A DNA stretch of 64,000 bases from Rotaria socialis (taxonomy: Eukaryota). This document shows, piece by piece, positions 27,081 to 41,700 of this stretch. The stretch spans positions 62,001 through 126,000 of the forward strand of contig CAJNYD010000062.1 in the NCBI GenBank assembly GCA_905331295.1. The letters are read 5' to 3'. How positions within the stretch are numbered: the first letter of the stretch is position 1; every line of letters begins with the position of its first letter. The translations under genes and the position numbers were made by a program. The notes under the pieces are model-generated. The model saw nothing but the letters and a program-made list of their open reading frames with translations, had not been told where the DNA came from and did not search any database.

Positions 27081-30000
27081 TTTTGACAAAGAAAACAATC
27101 TATACATACAAACCGTACGACCGCGATAAATTCCAAATCGAAGCGTTGTAACATTGCGAAGTTGAATATAATTTAGAGTTTTCTCTCCCATTTTGAATAG
27201 TGTTGTCATCGTATTTGATTCGTTGATATAATGTTCTACAAAAAATAATCTTATTGGGTTTTAGTTAATATCATTGAACTTATCTCTATTAGATTTTCTC
27301 ACAGATAAAATAACAACTCAATTAGAAAAAACTCGACTCAATCTTTATGTAGTTTTATTCTTCAACGTGTATACAATTTTCTAATACCGATAAAATCTAA
27401 CTTTAATCCATGAAGTAAAAACAAGAAATGATGTCTTTCCAAGATAGACGCCTTAGAGTATTTGAATTGCTTTAACTAAATGAATGAATGTAAAGTTTTG
27501 AATTTTTACCGACTGATTATATCTACTAGCCAAAACAAAATATTCAGAGCGAAGAATTTATCAATATTCATGGGAGATAAACAAAGGATTTCAAGGCTCT
27601 ACAGTACTTGCGAATATATTTGTAAGATTTAATAGATTTCAAAGATTCTTTTGAAATAACGCCATAAGATTTGTAGAAATTTCATTACATATTCAAACGT
27701 ACAATTCCAACACTTGATAAAACTTCGTAATATGAGAAAAGACATCAAAAATCAAGTCTTCACTAAAAATGATTGAGATAAATATTTACTTATATAAATT
27801 GTGATAGAGGCAACATTAGAACATAGTTCACTCAATTGATCGAAAAATAAATAAAGAGATTAATCAAAATCAATCGAAATATGTCGAGTATCTGACCAAT
27901 CATACATAAAGGGCTGAGTACTAAATAAAAAAGAAAATAATTATATGAAAAACTTTCCGAAGTAAAATTGTCGTACAATAAACTATCAGACAGCTGTGAT
28001 TTATTGAAATTAGAAAAAATATGTTGATATGACTCGTTTTTATCATATAAAAATTTAATATTAGTCCATTGATGTGAAATAAAAAAAGTATCACTTTTAA
28101 AAGAATTAATTGTGTTTTCAATATCAACTAATGATAATTCATATCTTCTACCAATATAAAAATGAAAGTATTTTAAATGAATCATTTTATCAGGTAAACA
28201 ATATTGACGAATAAAATTTGCACCAATAACAGATTTCCATATTAATTGACCTGTTCTCCACATTACTCCACTTCTTAAATAAATTTTTAGCTTTGTAATA
28301 TGATTAAGATTGTTAAGAAGCCATTTTAAATAAACAAATTCTAAATCATTCTCAATAACACTCTTCAATATAAAACATTTTAATTTTGGTACCTATTTTT
28401 ACAAAGAATCAATTATTATTGCGTTAACAATCAAAGTAGAAAATGTATTGTTTGTTCCATTTAATTTAAATTAAATCATTTCTTCGTTTTATTATTTGAT
28501 CATCACAATGTTCTACATTCTTCTCATATTTTGATATTTGTTAAGCAGTAAAAAATTGGGGAGGGGGGAGGAAGGAGGGCACCTATTCAAACCAGCAGAA
28601 TCTGTTTTTTCCGCTCGATGAAATTTGATATTAACGAATGATCTCTATTGTGCTTTGTTTTACCGTAAATTCATGAAAAATGAAATTATCGCTTTAAGCA
28701 ACTTCTTCTTTCGTGCTTATACCATTCATTGAACATCTCTCCATGACTTAATTAAGATGATTCAGAGGTTTCAATGCCTTCTATAAAACCAGAAATGTCG
28801 GCTTAGCATTAGCAATCTCATTAATCAATACTAATTTGAATACTTCTGCATTGACTGGACTATTAAATTAATATTAATTAGTGCCAATGTTATTGTTAAG
28901 GCGACACCCCTGTAAAAAATCATTTTCAATAGTAACGAAATGGTTATCTGTATTGGCACAACAACTGGTCTATTTCGTATTTTGAAAACACCACTCTATT
29001 GTGGAGACTTTGGCTTGAACGTTTTCTAGAAGCTAGTCCATAAAATTGTCTTTGAAATCCAATGAAAAGAACTCTTGAAATGGATAACTAAAACCTAAAT
29101 TTGGTTAACAATTCTATGCTGAAAACGCGTCTACTTTCAAATCCACTGTTTCACAGAATTAACTATTTCTTTTCCGATGGCTAATCATAATTCGGGCTAT
29201 TCAACAGCAATTATTCTATATTTCCAGGAGAACTCTGTGTGAGAGAGCCCAACAAACTCTATCAATACGTTTGTGAAGGTGCAACTGTCAATCTTCTTGT
29301 GTATTAGCTTGAAAGCATTCATAACTTACACTAGTTGTACTATTTGTCACAAAAGAGGGTGTGGTGTGGATAAGTTACCCCTACATCTTCTACACTCACA
29401 TGTGCTCCCATGTCGTTGAAATCGCCTAAGTTTTGATGATACATCGCGATTTTGATAAATGTTAGCGATTTACCGCGAAATACCGTTGATNNNNNNNNNN
29501 NNNNNNNNNNNNNNNNNNNNNNNNNNNNNNNNNNNNNNNNNNNNNNNNNNNNNNNNNNNNNNNNNNNNNNNNNNNNNNNNNNNNNNNNNNAAACAGACAA
29601 AGATTTAGCGAAATGAGTTTTCGTGATCTAACATCAAAGTGTTATTTTCTTTTTCAAAGTGTACGCCTTACATTTTTGTTTTCTGAGCAACGTGTAAATC
29701 AGAGTGTATTTCGGAAACAGCAGGTGTTCTAGACATTTTGCTTTTGCTGTGTACACTTGCTGTTAGAAACACTGCTTTCATCAAGTCCAGAATGAATTTC
29801 TATAAAACCACGACACCAATCCTGTCCAACATGGTATTATCAACATAAAAGAAACTTGCTTCCGTAAGATTGTTTGAGATGGCGCTGTACGCAATAAAAT
29901 ATATATTAAACAGTATATATAGCACACTGACACATGAGAGTTCTCTATCATGAATAAAGTTACAGTTAGGAACTTTCTAATTTCATACTGACACAAAAAA

Positions 30001-32785
30001 GAAATTTCAAGTAGAAATTTCTATGGTCAAGTTAGTTTGTGTTTAAATTAGAATATTTTGAAATATGACTAATACTTTTTAATGACTATTGTTTGATTTC
30101 CATAATTCTTTCAAAGATGCTTAGCGACAAGAATATGTTCAATAATTAGATGCGCGGATAAATTCTCTAGTACGAAAATACGAAAATTATCTTGTTAATT
30201 AATGGTATATATTATTGCAAATAAGGATTTTAAAACTTTTTAAGAATTTTGACTAAAACACTATAAATTTCAATCAATCTCGAAGTTTATAGTTTTTTTA
30301 AAGCAGATCACTGATACCTATGCAACAGAAATACCAAGATATTATAATCATACTAAAATATATTAATACTCAGATGCTCACATTATGTATCAACTACCTT
30401 CACACACAGAAATAGATTTCTTACAGTTTTGCTATTTTGTATATTGCAAGTACTTTTTATATCTTTCACTATAAGTTAAAAGTGATTCAAAGACTAAGAA
30501 AAACAAAGCTTAGTATTCCTGTAAATCATTTAGATATATAATGAATCAAATACTTGGAGTTGAATTAGTCTGTATGTGAATAGATTTTTCTCGTTTATTT
30601 CTTTATAACATAATAAAATTCATCAGTATGTTTGATAATTTTTTGTCGACAATCAAGATCAAGTGTAAAGAAAATCTGCTTATATAACAATATACAGAAA
30701 ACCTGAAGACTTTCCTTCTGAGTACAAGTGTTCCAACCAATAAAAATCAACAATTATATGATTGGTGAAAAATCAAACCATTGAAAAGTATTATTCGATA
30801 TTGGTTGGTCTCATGCTGTGCTACTGTTTATTTATGTTCTTTCCAGAGACTTTGACACGATTCTCATTCCACATTGTGATTGCATTTGCTTACTATCTGT
30901 CAATTTAAGCTATACATCATATTAAACAAAGCAGAAAACGAACTGATTTTTATCGTCACTAATAGTCTTCGGGTAAGCAATAAATAACTTTCATCAACGT
31001 TCGATATTTTATTGAATAAAAGCAATGAGACCGCATTTTTCATGTATAGTAAATTAATATACTACTGCTAGAATCCACAAAAATATTATTTTCTTGCAAA
31101 ACGTCTTTATTTCATAGGTTGAATTGATAACAGAACAACTTGAGTTACTTGTTTAAATAGTACTCAACCTGAGAGTGTCATTGTTCTTTTCATAGTACAC
31201 ATGAGAAGAACAGCTTTTTTTTGTCTTTCATTTAAAAGAATATAGCTAGTATATAAGCGGAATATAGATTATCTATTTTTGTCATTGGACGCTCATTCTT
31301 CATTGGTGATTTGTTCATTTTGACGAAAAACATTCACATTACGAGAGAACAGCAAAACAACTATGCAAGTACATGTATATGAATACTTCCAAATAGACAT
31401 CTGTTTCATTAATATGACTCATTTCCTGTTACTATCACATATTGACAACGCTGAAACGCTTTTGATTTATTTTCAAGCATAAAAAGTCACCACACATGAA
31501 TTAATTTTACTTGAAACCAGTTACTATGTTTAGATTCATGACAAGACTAATTTAAAACATTTAATAAATGTTCTTAATCTATTAAAAACCACACCAATTC
31601 AATGTGACATAATCAATATGTCACTTTAAGTATTTGTTAGCCTGACTAACAGAAAAGATGATGCAAGATAAAGAATAAAAATAAATCGATCAAACGAACA
31701 TGCACACATTATTGCTAGTAGTCTACTATCTCCTATGAATTTGTATTTGGCAAAAAAGAAAAGCTGTTCGATGATGAAAAGAAATTCAAGGCATACAAAG
31801 AAAGAAAAGGATCATCAACGACTAAGCCGAAAAAAGAGGAGGAGGAAGAAGAAAAAGGCGAATAGGAAGAGCTGTTATATTGAGCAATGGTCTTTCTATA
31901 GCATGTACTACGACAACTAACTGAGCTGTTACTATACTAGTCATGTAATAAAGGCCAGCAAAGCAGACAACTAAAAGAACGGAGAAGAAAGAATTGATAG
32001 TCGTGAGGCATCGCCGTCTTCAAGAATTTAATAAATTGTTAGCCGTCGCCGTCGTTGTGGCGAAGTCAAAAGGACAAACGATATAATTGAAGTAGTATAG
32101 ATAATCGTAAATGACACAGAAAAATCGGTCAGTATCATGGAGACAAGCATGAAAACTTCACATCTGATGTCATTTTTTTCATAGATAGTGTTCACATTTT
32201 ATCGATCAATTATCTGTTTTTTTTTGTCTCTATTTATTCATCTTTTAGTTAGTCAGTTAATATGTCTTCACCGTTAACCTTCTATGTATATAAAAAGAGA
32301 ACAAAATACGACATATCTCACGCGTGCATTTAGATTTTATTTATAGAGATTTTTTACGCACATCATCAATCAATATGACCGCAAATAATAATCAAGTTTA
32401 GACGCGAGACAGAAAGAAGATATGTTATTAGTGAATGGGGGAACAAAATAAGTTGATCGTTGATAAAACAAAAGATGAGTGAACATACATGCTGACCGTA
32501 GCCTCTGCTACAAATCATGAACATTGATGATGAGCAGACAGTTTTGGCTTATTTATGTTTATGTATATATATGTATGTGTCTACGATGATTTTGTTTCTT
32601 TCAGAGAATATGTTGATGCTTCAAGAACAACTACTTACACACGACGACGAGAAAATAATTATTTCGTTTAAATAATGGCAGCGATACAATATAACTGTTG
32701 TCTTTTCTCTCTCGCATCCGGCCACAACAAAAATCAATAGTTAAAAAGCTTGACCAAAACAAAACAAAAAAGCAAACCAAATACT

Positions 32786-35700
32786 ATGACTTCATCGGTA
32801 ACAAAAACCAAAACTGGCAAACAAATCTCATGCAAAGTTCATATGCTCGATGATCAAGATTTACCATTTCATATTGATGTAAGTAGAAAATTGTTGGTGA
32901 AAGAACGCTGTGATGTATGCATCGAACATCGTCAATCATGACAACAATCGATGCTATGATATAATTGCCAAAACAACTGTAGAATGTGATAGATAGGCGA
33001 GGTTAATTGTTGAGTACGTTCGTACTTGTCTATCATCATTGCTCGTCCAGTTAATGACAATGATGAAATCTAGGTTATTATCACAACTTAATCATATATG
33101 TTTATTCTATACATGCGTGCACAATTGATTGATTGATTGATTGATGAATGAATGGATGGAATTCATAATGAAATATTGTTCATTTCCTTTTTAGCCAAAA
33201 GCTACTGGTCAAGATTTATTAAATACGATCTGTAATAATATCGATTTACTCGAAAGAGATTATTTTGGTTTAGAATATCTTGACAGTCATCGAAATGTTG
33301 TATGTTTGATTATTAATAGTAATAATATGATATTTGAATACTCTTTGATATAATTAGTGTTGGCTTGAATCAGATAAACCAATTCTTAAACAAGTTTCAG
33401 AAACAAAATTTTCATTCTGTGTTAAATTTTACACACCTGACCCAGGACAATTGGAAGAAGAATTTACTAGGTATATTATGCATACACTAATAATTTTGAG
33501 ACCTAAAATTATTCTTCATATGATTTTCTTTTATTTCAAGATATCTTTTTGCATTACAAATCAAACGTGATCTTGCTGTTGGTGCATTACTATGCAGTGA
33601 TAATACCGCTGCTTTACTTGCTTCATACATTGTTCAAGGTAGAGAAATCATTTTTTATTAATTTTTTTTATCTGCTTTGTTTTAATGTTGAATTCTAGCG
33701 GAAATTGGTGATTATCTCGATTCATATAATAATAATCCAAGTTATTTTAATAATCGTAAATGTTTTCCTCATCAAACAGCGGAACATGAAATTCGCATAA
33801 TGAATTTTCATAAAAATCATCTGTAAGTAACACACAACAACAACAACAACAACAAAAATAGATAAGTCTCTATAAAAAATATAAATCTATTCATATTTAA
33901 AGTGGTCAATATCCAGCTGATGCTGATCTGAATCTACTCGATATATCACGTAAAGTTGAATTGTATGGCATAAAAATGCATCCAGCTAAAGATCACGAAC
34001 AAGTTCATCTTAATTTATCTGTTGCACATATGGGCATACTTGTTTTTCAAAATATAACAAAAATCAATACATTTTCATGGGCAAAAATTCGTAAATTAAA
34101 TTTTAAACGTAAAAAATTTCTAATTAAATTACAACCTGAAGGATATGTAAGAGATTTAATATAATTGATTTATTGGCTAGTAGAAAGAAAGAAAATTTTG
34201 TTTTTCTTCTATAATTTAAGGGTTATTATAAAGATACAGTTGAATTTTACTTTGATACACGTGATGAATGCAAAAATTTTTGGAAAAAATGTATTGAATA
34301 TCATGCTTTTTTCCGTTGTGTTACTATTCAACGTTTACATCGTTCAAAAAAGAAATTACTAGCAGGCGGCTCATCATTTCGTTATCATGGTCGTACACAA
34401 AAAGAAATTACTGAATATGCACGTGAAAATTATACTAAAAATCGATCCTTTACGCGGTAAAGAAAAAACTAGATTAAAAACAACAACAACAAGAGTTTTC
34501 TCATGTTGTTTTGATTTTTCAGATCTTATTCAAATACACGTGCAGTTGCACCAATAGTTAATCGATCGCATCGTTCACCTGGTTCAACAATAAAAACATC
34601 TGAAACAATTGAATCTGTTCGTCATCATAAAACTCAAACAGGTCTTACAGGAGATACAGCGAATGTTTATCAACAAGTTTATTGTGATGACTCTTCCACA
34701 CATGGTAGTCGAACATTAGATTCTAAATATAGTCGAGATAGATATGATTTATCTGACGAACAAAATACTGATGAAGATGAAGACGAACTTATACAAAAAT
34801 CAACTAATGGTTTATCATCATCGTCGCCAACAAATATTGGTAGAAGTAGTGAGCCATCTCATGCTGATGAAAGACATAGCCCATTAATTCAGCATCCAAT
34901 TGATCAAGTAGATAAAGGTAAACTAAGAAAAATTTCAATATGCGATAGGATTCAAAAGTAAGAATTTCTAATTAAAGTTTGTAATTACGATGCTTATGAA
35001 GTATGTTGAGTAACGAAGAAGTTATATTGCAGTATAATCATAGTTTCAGGCTTTTTAATGAACTTCAGCATGTCTAACGGCAATTAGAAACAAGCTGATC
35101 CATGACTAAGAAGGGAAATATATAGATTACGAATATATTTTTATCTAAATCTTAAGCTAACAGTAAGAATACTGTTATATCTTGTGACTTGGGAATAAAG
35201 GTGCATAATGTTTGAAGGGACTTCTTCATGGATATAATATGCGCTTTTCAATTTATTTTTTATTAAAAACAAAACGTGTACTAGGAATTAAAAATTCACA
35301 AATTAAATAGTAATAACTCTAATAGAAAGAATAAAACTAAGTCCAAATAAATAATTCAATTGAGTCATCTTGAATGATAAGAAATATTGTTTTCTTATGA
35401 GAACTACATCTTTTTGTGTACTCAAAAAGTGAGTACACTAGATTCGGTCAGTGTGTCCGGCCGCTAACACGATAACTCTTGAAAGCCTCATCCAATTGTC
35501 TTGAAATTTTTTACACAGAATGATCTCATCAATATCTCAGTCGAGCTCGAAAATGAGAAGGATCTGTCAAGAAATGGCTGAGTTATCGAAAAAATTCTCA
35601 TTATTGACCAAACCATCCGTGAGGGAGGGGTACAGGGTTTTTCCAAAAAAAAATTTTTTTCTTAGAATTGTTCACAACATATATAAATCGACTCAGTTTT

Positions 35701-38700
35701 TGCAGTACACGTAACAATTGGATGCGAATCCAATGTTTCCTCATTTATTTATTATTTTGTCTTAGTTGATAATGTCAAGAATTTGTACATGTGTGAGATT
35801 GATGAATACAACACATGCATTACTATATAACTCAACTGTTCGTTTATGTAAAGCAATCTATAGCCTCTAAAATACATCTGGAGCTCTGAATATGTAAGGA
35901 AAGCTCGAATTTAAATTAGTCATTCAATGTCAACTAATACATGTTTGGATACTAGAATATTTATATCGTTTCCGTATCATCTGAAAATTATATAGAACTC
36001 GTGTGCGCAATATTCATATAATAATATAATAGCAGAAAAGCATGTTACATGCTCTACTCAACATGTAATTAATATTAATTTAATTAATTTTTTTTCTGTC
36101 CTATTGAAAAGAACCCGTTGATCATTTAATCACATTAGTTTGATAAATGATTAGCTCTATTGGCAAACATAGGACAGAAGAAAGAGTTCATTATTGTTTA
36201 AAAGAGACATTTGCGAATATTAAGATGATCAGTATCGAAAAAAGAAAATCTAGCACATGCAATCCATTATATATCATTTATTCTTACAAGATAACTAGTT
36301 TTTCAATACGATATAGATTCTATTTTACATAATATTGGCCATAGAATTAATAAGCAACTCCTACGAAATATGAATTTGACATAACGAATACATCATCTTG
36401 TAAGAAAAAAATACATCGTACAACATACTATTTTGATCATTTTCAAAATCGTACATTATGAATACATTAATCAATATTTTAGTGCATAGATAGGTATTCT
36501 CTTCAACAATCACTCTTAAAAATGTTTATTTTTGTTCCTAATAAAACTCATTCGAAAAACCTCACGGTGCTTGTCAAAGCAACTTTAGTCATGGCAAGAG
36601 TTATTAATTAGGTTGATAAATTGCGTAAATTAGCTGTGTTCTTTATTACAAATTATTTGTATCTTTCAAGCAGTTTCTATCGACCCGTATTACTGACAAG
36701 TACGAATATGTGAATAGCGCACGAGAAGGCAAAATTTTCAAATACGTATAGACGCGACACGCGTCATTCTATCAATGAACTCCATATATTTTTTCCAACA
36801 AACTAATTTAATCATTAAAATAAATATGCTCCTTGTTCTTTGTTTTGTGCCATACAATTGAGCTTGTATATCTTCCCGTCAATACTTTTAAACTACAGAT
36901 TGATGAGAAAAAAGATAACAAATGAATATACTGTTTTTTTTATATGATGTAGTCTTCTATAAGAATGGATTCCGTTATTTTTATTCATCTTTTTTCGTAT
37001 GTTTCATTACAGCATCCGAAATAGACGACACATTTATTGATAGCAGTGAGAAATTTCTTTTTCTATGATGAGTCGATTCAATTCGTCACTGTGAATAGTA
37101 CGTATATTTTTTATGGATCTATATTTACATGCGATCAATGTCTTCTATGTCTTGCACTACACTATAAATAAATAAAATTGTATTCATCATTTTTCTATTA
37201 CTTTTATTACAGAAGATTCAGTAACTTCTTTGTCGATATCAACAAGTCTACCGAAATCACAACAACATCGCCAACAGATCAGTGGATTTATTAATAACCA
37301 TCGACCAGTACCATCTATGACAAGTAGTACACCAATAAGAAAATCATCAACAAGTGAGCAACAAGTAGCTTCAACAACAACACATCGGTCAAGTGTTGGC
37401 AAACCAACAACACTTATAAATCATAACAATACTGATAGTCAAAGTCCAACTAAAACGTAAATACTTATACATAGACGAGAATATTTCCTAATGGATTACA
37501 TAAGAGAATTCTGAAGTATTAAACAGTTACATCTTTACTAAAATGTGAATATCCCAGAGAGAACCTTACAAAAAGTATGTCGATCAATATTTTCAGAAAT
37601 ATTTAAGAATTTATCGTACAATAAATAAGTTTTGCACATGAGTGTTTCTGTTAGAGAATCTAACCGATATTGATATAATCTTTTAGGATCTTATGTACTT
37701 TGATAAGTACACGTCAAACTCAATAAAATGATGTCTTTTGTTGTATATGGCTTAAACGATTCGCAAATTGATTGATAGAAATACAACTTATTTCTTTTAA
37801 GGTCTTCCGTGGATGATAATGTGCTTCTATCTGTATCATCTTCACATATTTCGACACAATCAGCAAACAAAATTGAAGAAATAGTTATCGATAATAATAA
37901 GGTAAATGATTAAAAATATTCGAGAAGAAAAAGAACAACTTGATAGTTTTTGCTTCATTATAGACTCGAATTATACCAATTATTCATGAATCTCGATCAC
38001 CAACCGTACCTATCAATACAAATGAATCAAGAGCCGCTCTTATACGTCAACAATCACGTATGTCTAGAACAAAGAACCAAATAAATATTTTAGTTTTACG
38101 TAAAATCGATTTTCGGAAAACTCATATTTTTAACTGTCTATTTTAAAGTTTGCCTCTATATTGAACTTAGTTAGACTGAATTTTATGCAAAAAAATATTC
38201 ATGAACATCTATTCTTTTAAGATGTCATGTTCTGAAATAGGTTTGTTTAAAACTCCTGACTAGATTACTTTCTATTATACCGATTAAAACTTGAATAGTG
38301 GAGCTTTGAGAAAACCGAGGAACTTCTATAAAAAAAAACACTAATAGACGGCTTGACGACTTAGCTAAATAGCAATAATAACCGACACATTTTTTGAGTT
38401 TTATTTAACGTTGATGCCATGCCTATGAGCAATCAAGAAATGAAATGGAAAGATGACACGAGAGCAATGTGGGTGACGTACGTTTCGTCTCATCTCTTCC
38501 GAACACTGGTATGTGTACCGGGTGTTCGGAAATAATTTTATTCGTAAAAATTTAATTTATGACGGGAGTTCATAAACACCTATGTACTGGAGATCGTAAT
38601 AGACAGCAGGCAGATCGTAATGTGTTTGCCGGATGTTCGGAATAGAGTATTTTTGCTATATTTAATGCAACACCTGAAGATCGTAATAAACACCCTCGAT

Positions 38701-41700
38701 AGTTCGGAAGAAAATTATAAGGGTACTCAAACGTGGAGTCCGTAAAAGAACTTATAAGGATACTGTAATTGATATAGACTTTCTGCTCTTATAGGCAATA
38801 ATAGGTTGCATTTTTTATTACATCCATGATTATATAAATAGATGATTAATCTTTCTTTACCGATACTCCTTGTGCTATAATCTCAGAAGTTGTTTCTAAG
38901 GGTATCATTTGATTAAAAACCAACAGTTGGCGAAAGCAACAACTGAGCAGGTTGCTCCTAAATCTTATTTACGTTCAACTCCAATATTGAATCGTCTTAG
39001 AGTTAGATTCAGCGATCATAGTACTGCTTCTTCGTCTTCATCTTGCACATTATCATCTCAATCTGATCTCATTGCTCCAACATCGAAAAATAAACAAATA
39101 GTCAGGTTCAAAAAACGTGTACATTCATCGAAGAATAAATAGAATGATGGTGTACATTAACACTAGAGTCATGAATATATGTGTATTTATTTTCTTTGAA
39201 TAAAGCTAGTATCTTGTAACAGAAAGTATTGAAGGAATAAGGAGAATAATAACTAATACTAGAGTTATTGTAGTAAACAGAAGTGCAATCGTAGTTGCTT
39301 GAATCCGCCGAAACGTTGACTATACGTGATTTTAGGTTACGCCTATAGCGTATCGCTTCATATTTTCTCACAGGGGAAACAAAACCTGAACATACTTGCA
39401 AAAATCGTGGCGTCTTTTTTTATTACAGCTTTCATGTCTTCGTCATTACGAACATCCGGACATTCTGATTACGATCTCCAGTCAAATTATGATGTTCGTA
39501 AAGAGAAAAATTTACATAGAGTTCAGAATTAATTCTGAAAATAGCTTTTTCAATGGTTATATCCTATGAAAAAGCTATTGCCAGAATTGATTCCGAACTC
39601 TTCCACAGGGTTCACTTCGAGTACCCTGTATTTTTGTTGTAATTCATTTACGAACTCCGTTCCGAACACCATGTCTTTTTTTTCATGCCAGTAGATCGTA
39701 AAAAAAAGGTGACATGAAGTGTCATTTTTCCAGCAATGCTTCCTCGTGAAATATTCACTTTATTATCTCTGATTGATTAGTATTCTTAAATTCATATACA
39801 AGGAATATTTTGAATCTATTTTGTTCAATTAGCTCTAGATATGTAATAGTACCAAAAATATAGGAGGAAAAAAATGGGATGAAACTTTGTCTCGCCACTC
39901 CTTCTCTGACTAGTCAACTTGTGAATAAAAAGTTTCAAAAATGATTTTCATTTAGCATCCCGACTAATTTCATCAGCATCTTATGCAATGAGTCCTCCGT
40001 TTGCAGGCATTCCAGTAAGATTTTCTTTTCATTATACTACCTCATTTATACAATAAAACTAAAACGTCTAGTTAGCAGTTGGCACTATTCCTTCATCATC
40101 ATCATCAATAATACTTCCAACAACTGTTTCATCAACAATGATAATATCGCCTATTCATGATCGATCATTTTATATTTGTAAAGAGTTATTAATGACTGAA
40201 CGAACATATAGAAAAGATATGGGAGTTATTGCTGAAAATTTTCGTCGTGAAATAATGCTTGTTCTGAATCAGCAACAAGATTTATATATGGACGAAGAAT
40301 ATAATTTTGAAAATGAAACATTAATTCATTTGTCTGATATTTTATTTACACATTTATTACCTGTTTACAAATTTCATTTACATTTTCTTCGACAACTTGA
40401 ACAAAGAATGGCGATTTGGTACTAAAAATACAATGAATTCTATATAACATGTGTTGAAAAAACTTATTTTTAGGGAAACTCGATCCGTACCGGGCAATGA
40501 TTATTATAATTCTGAGAAGATCAATTCAAATATTGGAGATTTAATTATGAATTTAGTTGAGATTTTACCGGTAAATTTAGGAATCTTGTACACGTATTTT
40601 TTTCTAACTGATTTTTTGTTTTAAATAGAGATATGAACTTTATATTGAAAATTATGATTGTTTATTAACAGAACTTGAATATGTTCTTAAACATAATCGA
40701 CGTTTTGATATGATTTACAAAGAATTTGAATCAGAAAAACTGTGTTATTTATCCTTAATATCATTTTTAACTAAGCCACTACAACGACTATTACATTATG
40801 AATATTTACTTGAAAGTATGATGTTCTTTTTGTTTATTACTTGTACATACTTTATTTCATATATGCATATTTTAGAATTACTTATTTGTTATAAAAATCA
40901 TACTCATGAAAGTGAATATCAAGATTGTTATGGAGTTTTTATTAAAATTCAAGATCTGATCGAAAATTTTACTGATTCATTAACAATAATAGTATGATAA
41001 TTTGTCTATTCTATAGAACTAACATAAGACATACGAAAAAGTATTGTTTTTTTTATGATATTAGGAATAGCATTTCACGTAATAGTTAATGTTGTGTCTA
41101 TGGATTTTGTTTAATAGATTCAAAGAAAGTAACACCGAATCGATACTAGAGAACGGTTAGAAAACTATTCTCATGGGATATAGAAAATAATATATGTTTA
41201 AACTTTCCAGTTGATGATTTTTCGGTTATCTTAACAACTAGTCGATGATCATAGCCTTACCATCTTTCTAAAAGCTATTTTAAGAATTTTTTTATATAAT
41301 ATTAATGATTAGAAAGTACTACTTACTTAATAGTGAGATGTGATTGATATAAAGTATTTGATTGTAAATTGACAATTTTGGTCATAGTCTATGATAGTTC
41401 AAGTTTTTACACTTGTATTGCACATTCTATTTACTCTGATAAAGTTTTATCTATCGAAAAACCAAAGTTCCCACGTTTTTTGACTACTCTCACTAACATG
41501 ATGATTCGTTTTTTCATTTATCCAAATAAATCAGTTTTTACATAGATTTTGACGATTATTTCAAATATTTGTTGCAATTTTATCATGCCCGCTAGATTCT
41601 AATTAGTATAAATAAGTTTCTTTTTGATATGTTCTCAATATGCAAAAATATAATAACTATTAACAGTGTCGCCTGTTATTTTTTGTAGTTATCCTATAAG

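Larger units (their letters stand above)
22456..28393 (-). pseudogene. Multi-exon LRR/F-box-like gene of a bdelloid-expanded family; probable pseudogene (in-frame stop, 5' exons not found)
   Basis: Seven GT-AG exons join in frame: VPKLKCFILKS...YLKWLLNNLNHITKLKI (~28390-27978); TQPFMYDW..IDFD*SLYLF (~27920-27790); ..IQLRNVTTLRFG (~27236-27111); ..RAKTFAHLLSMPVQLKYL..FEWLL (~25499-25369); AADELRKNAL..YMPHLHVLQLWRPDDFHWTS (~25261-25069); LRPNYK..SLSTLESI (~22791-22708); DHVSVFEQDL..FLDIRG..YRLMVQTRFPNSR..RFRLWL* (~22643-22456). Premature TAA at 27860-27862. The family label is from memory of bdelloid hypothetical proteins. Confidence 0.65.
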
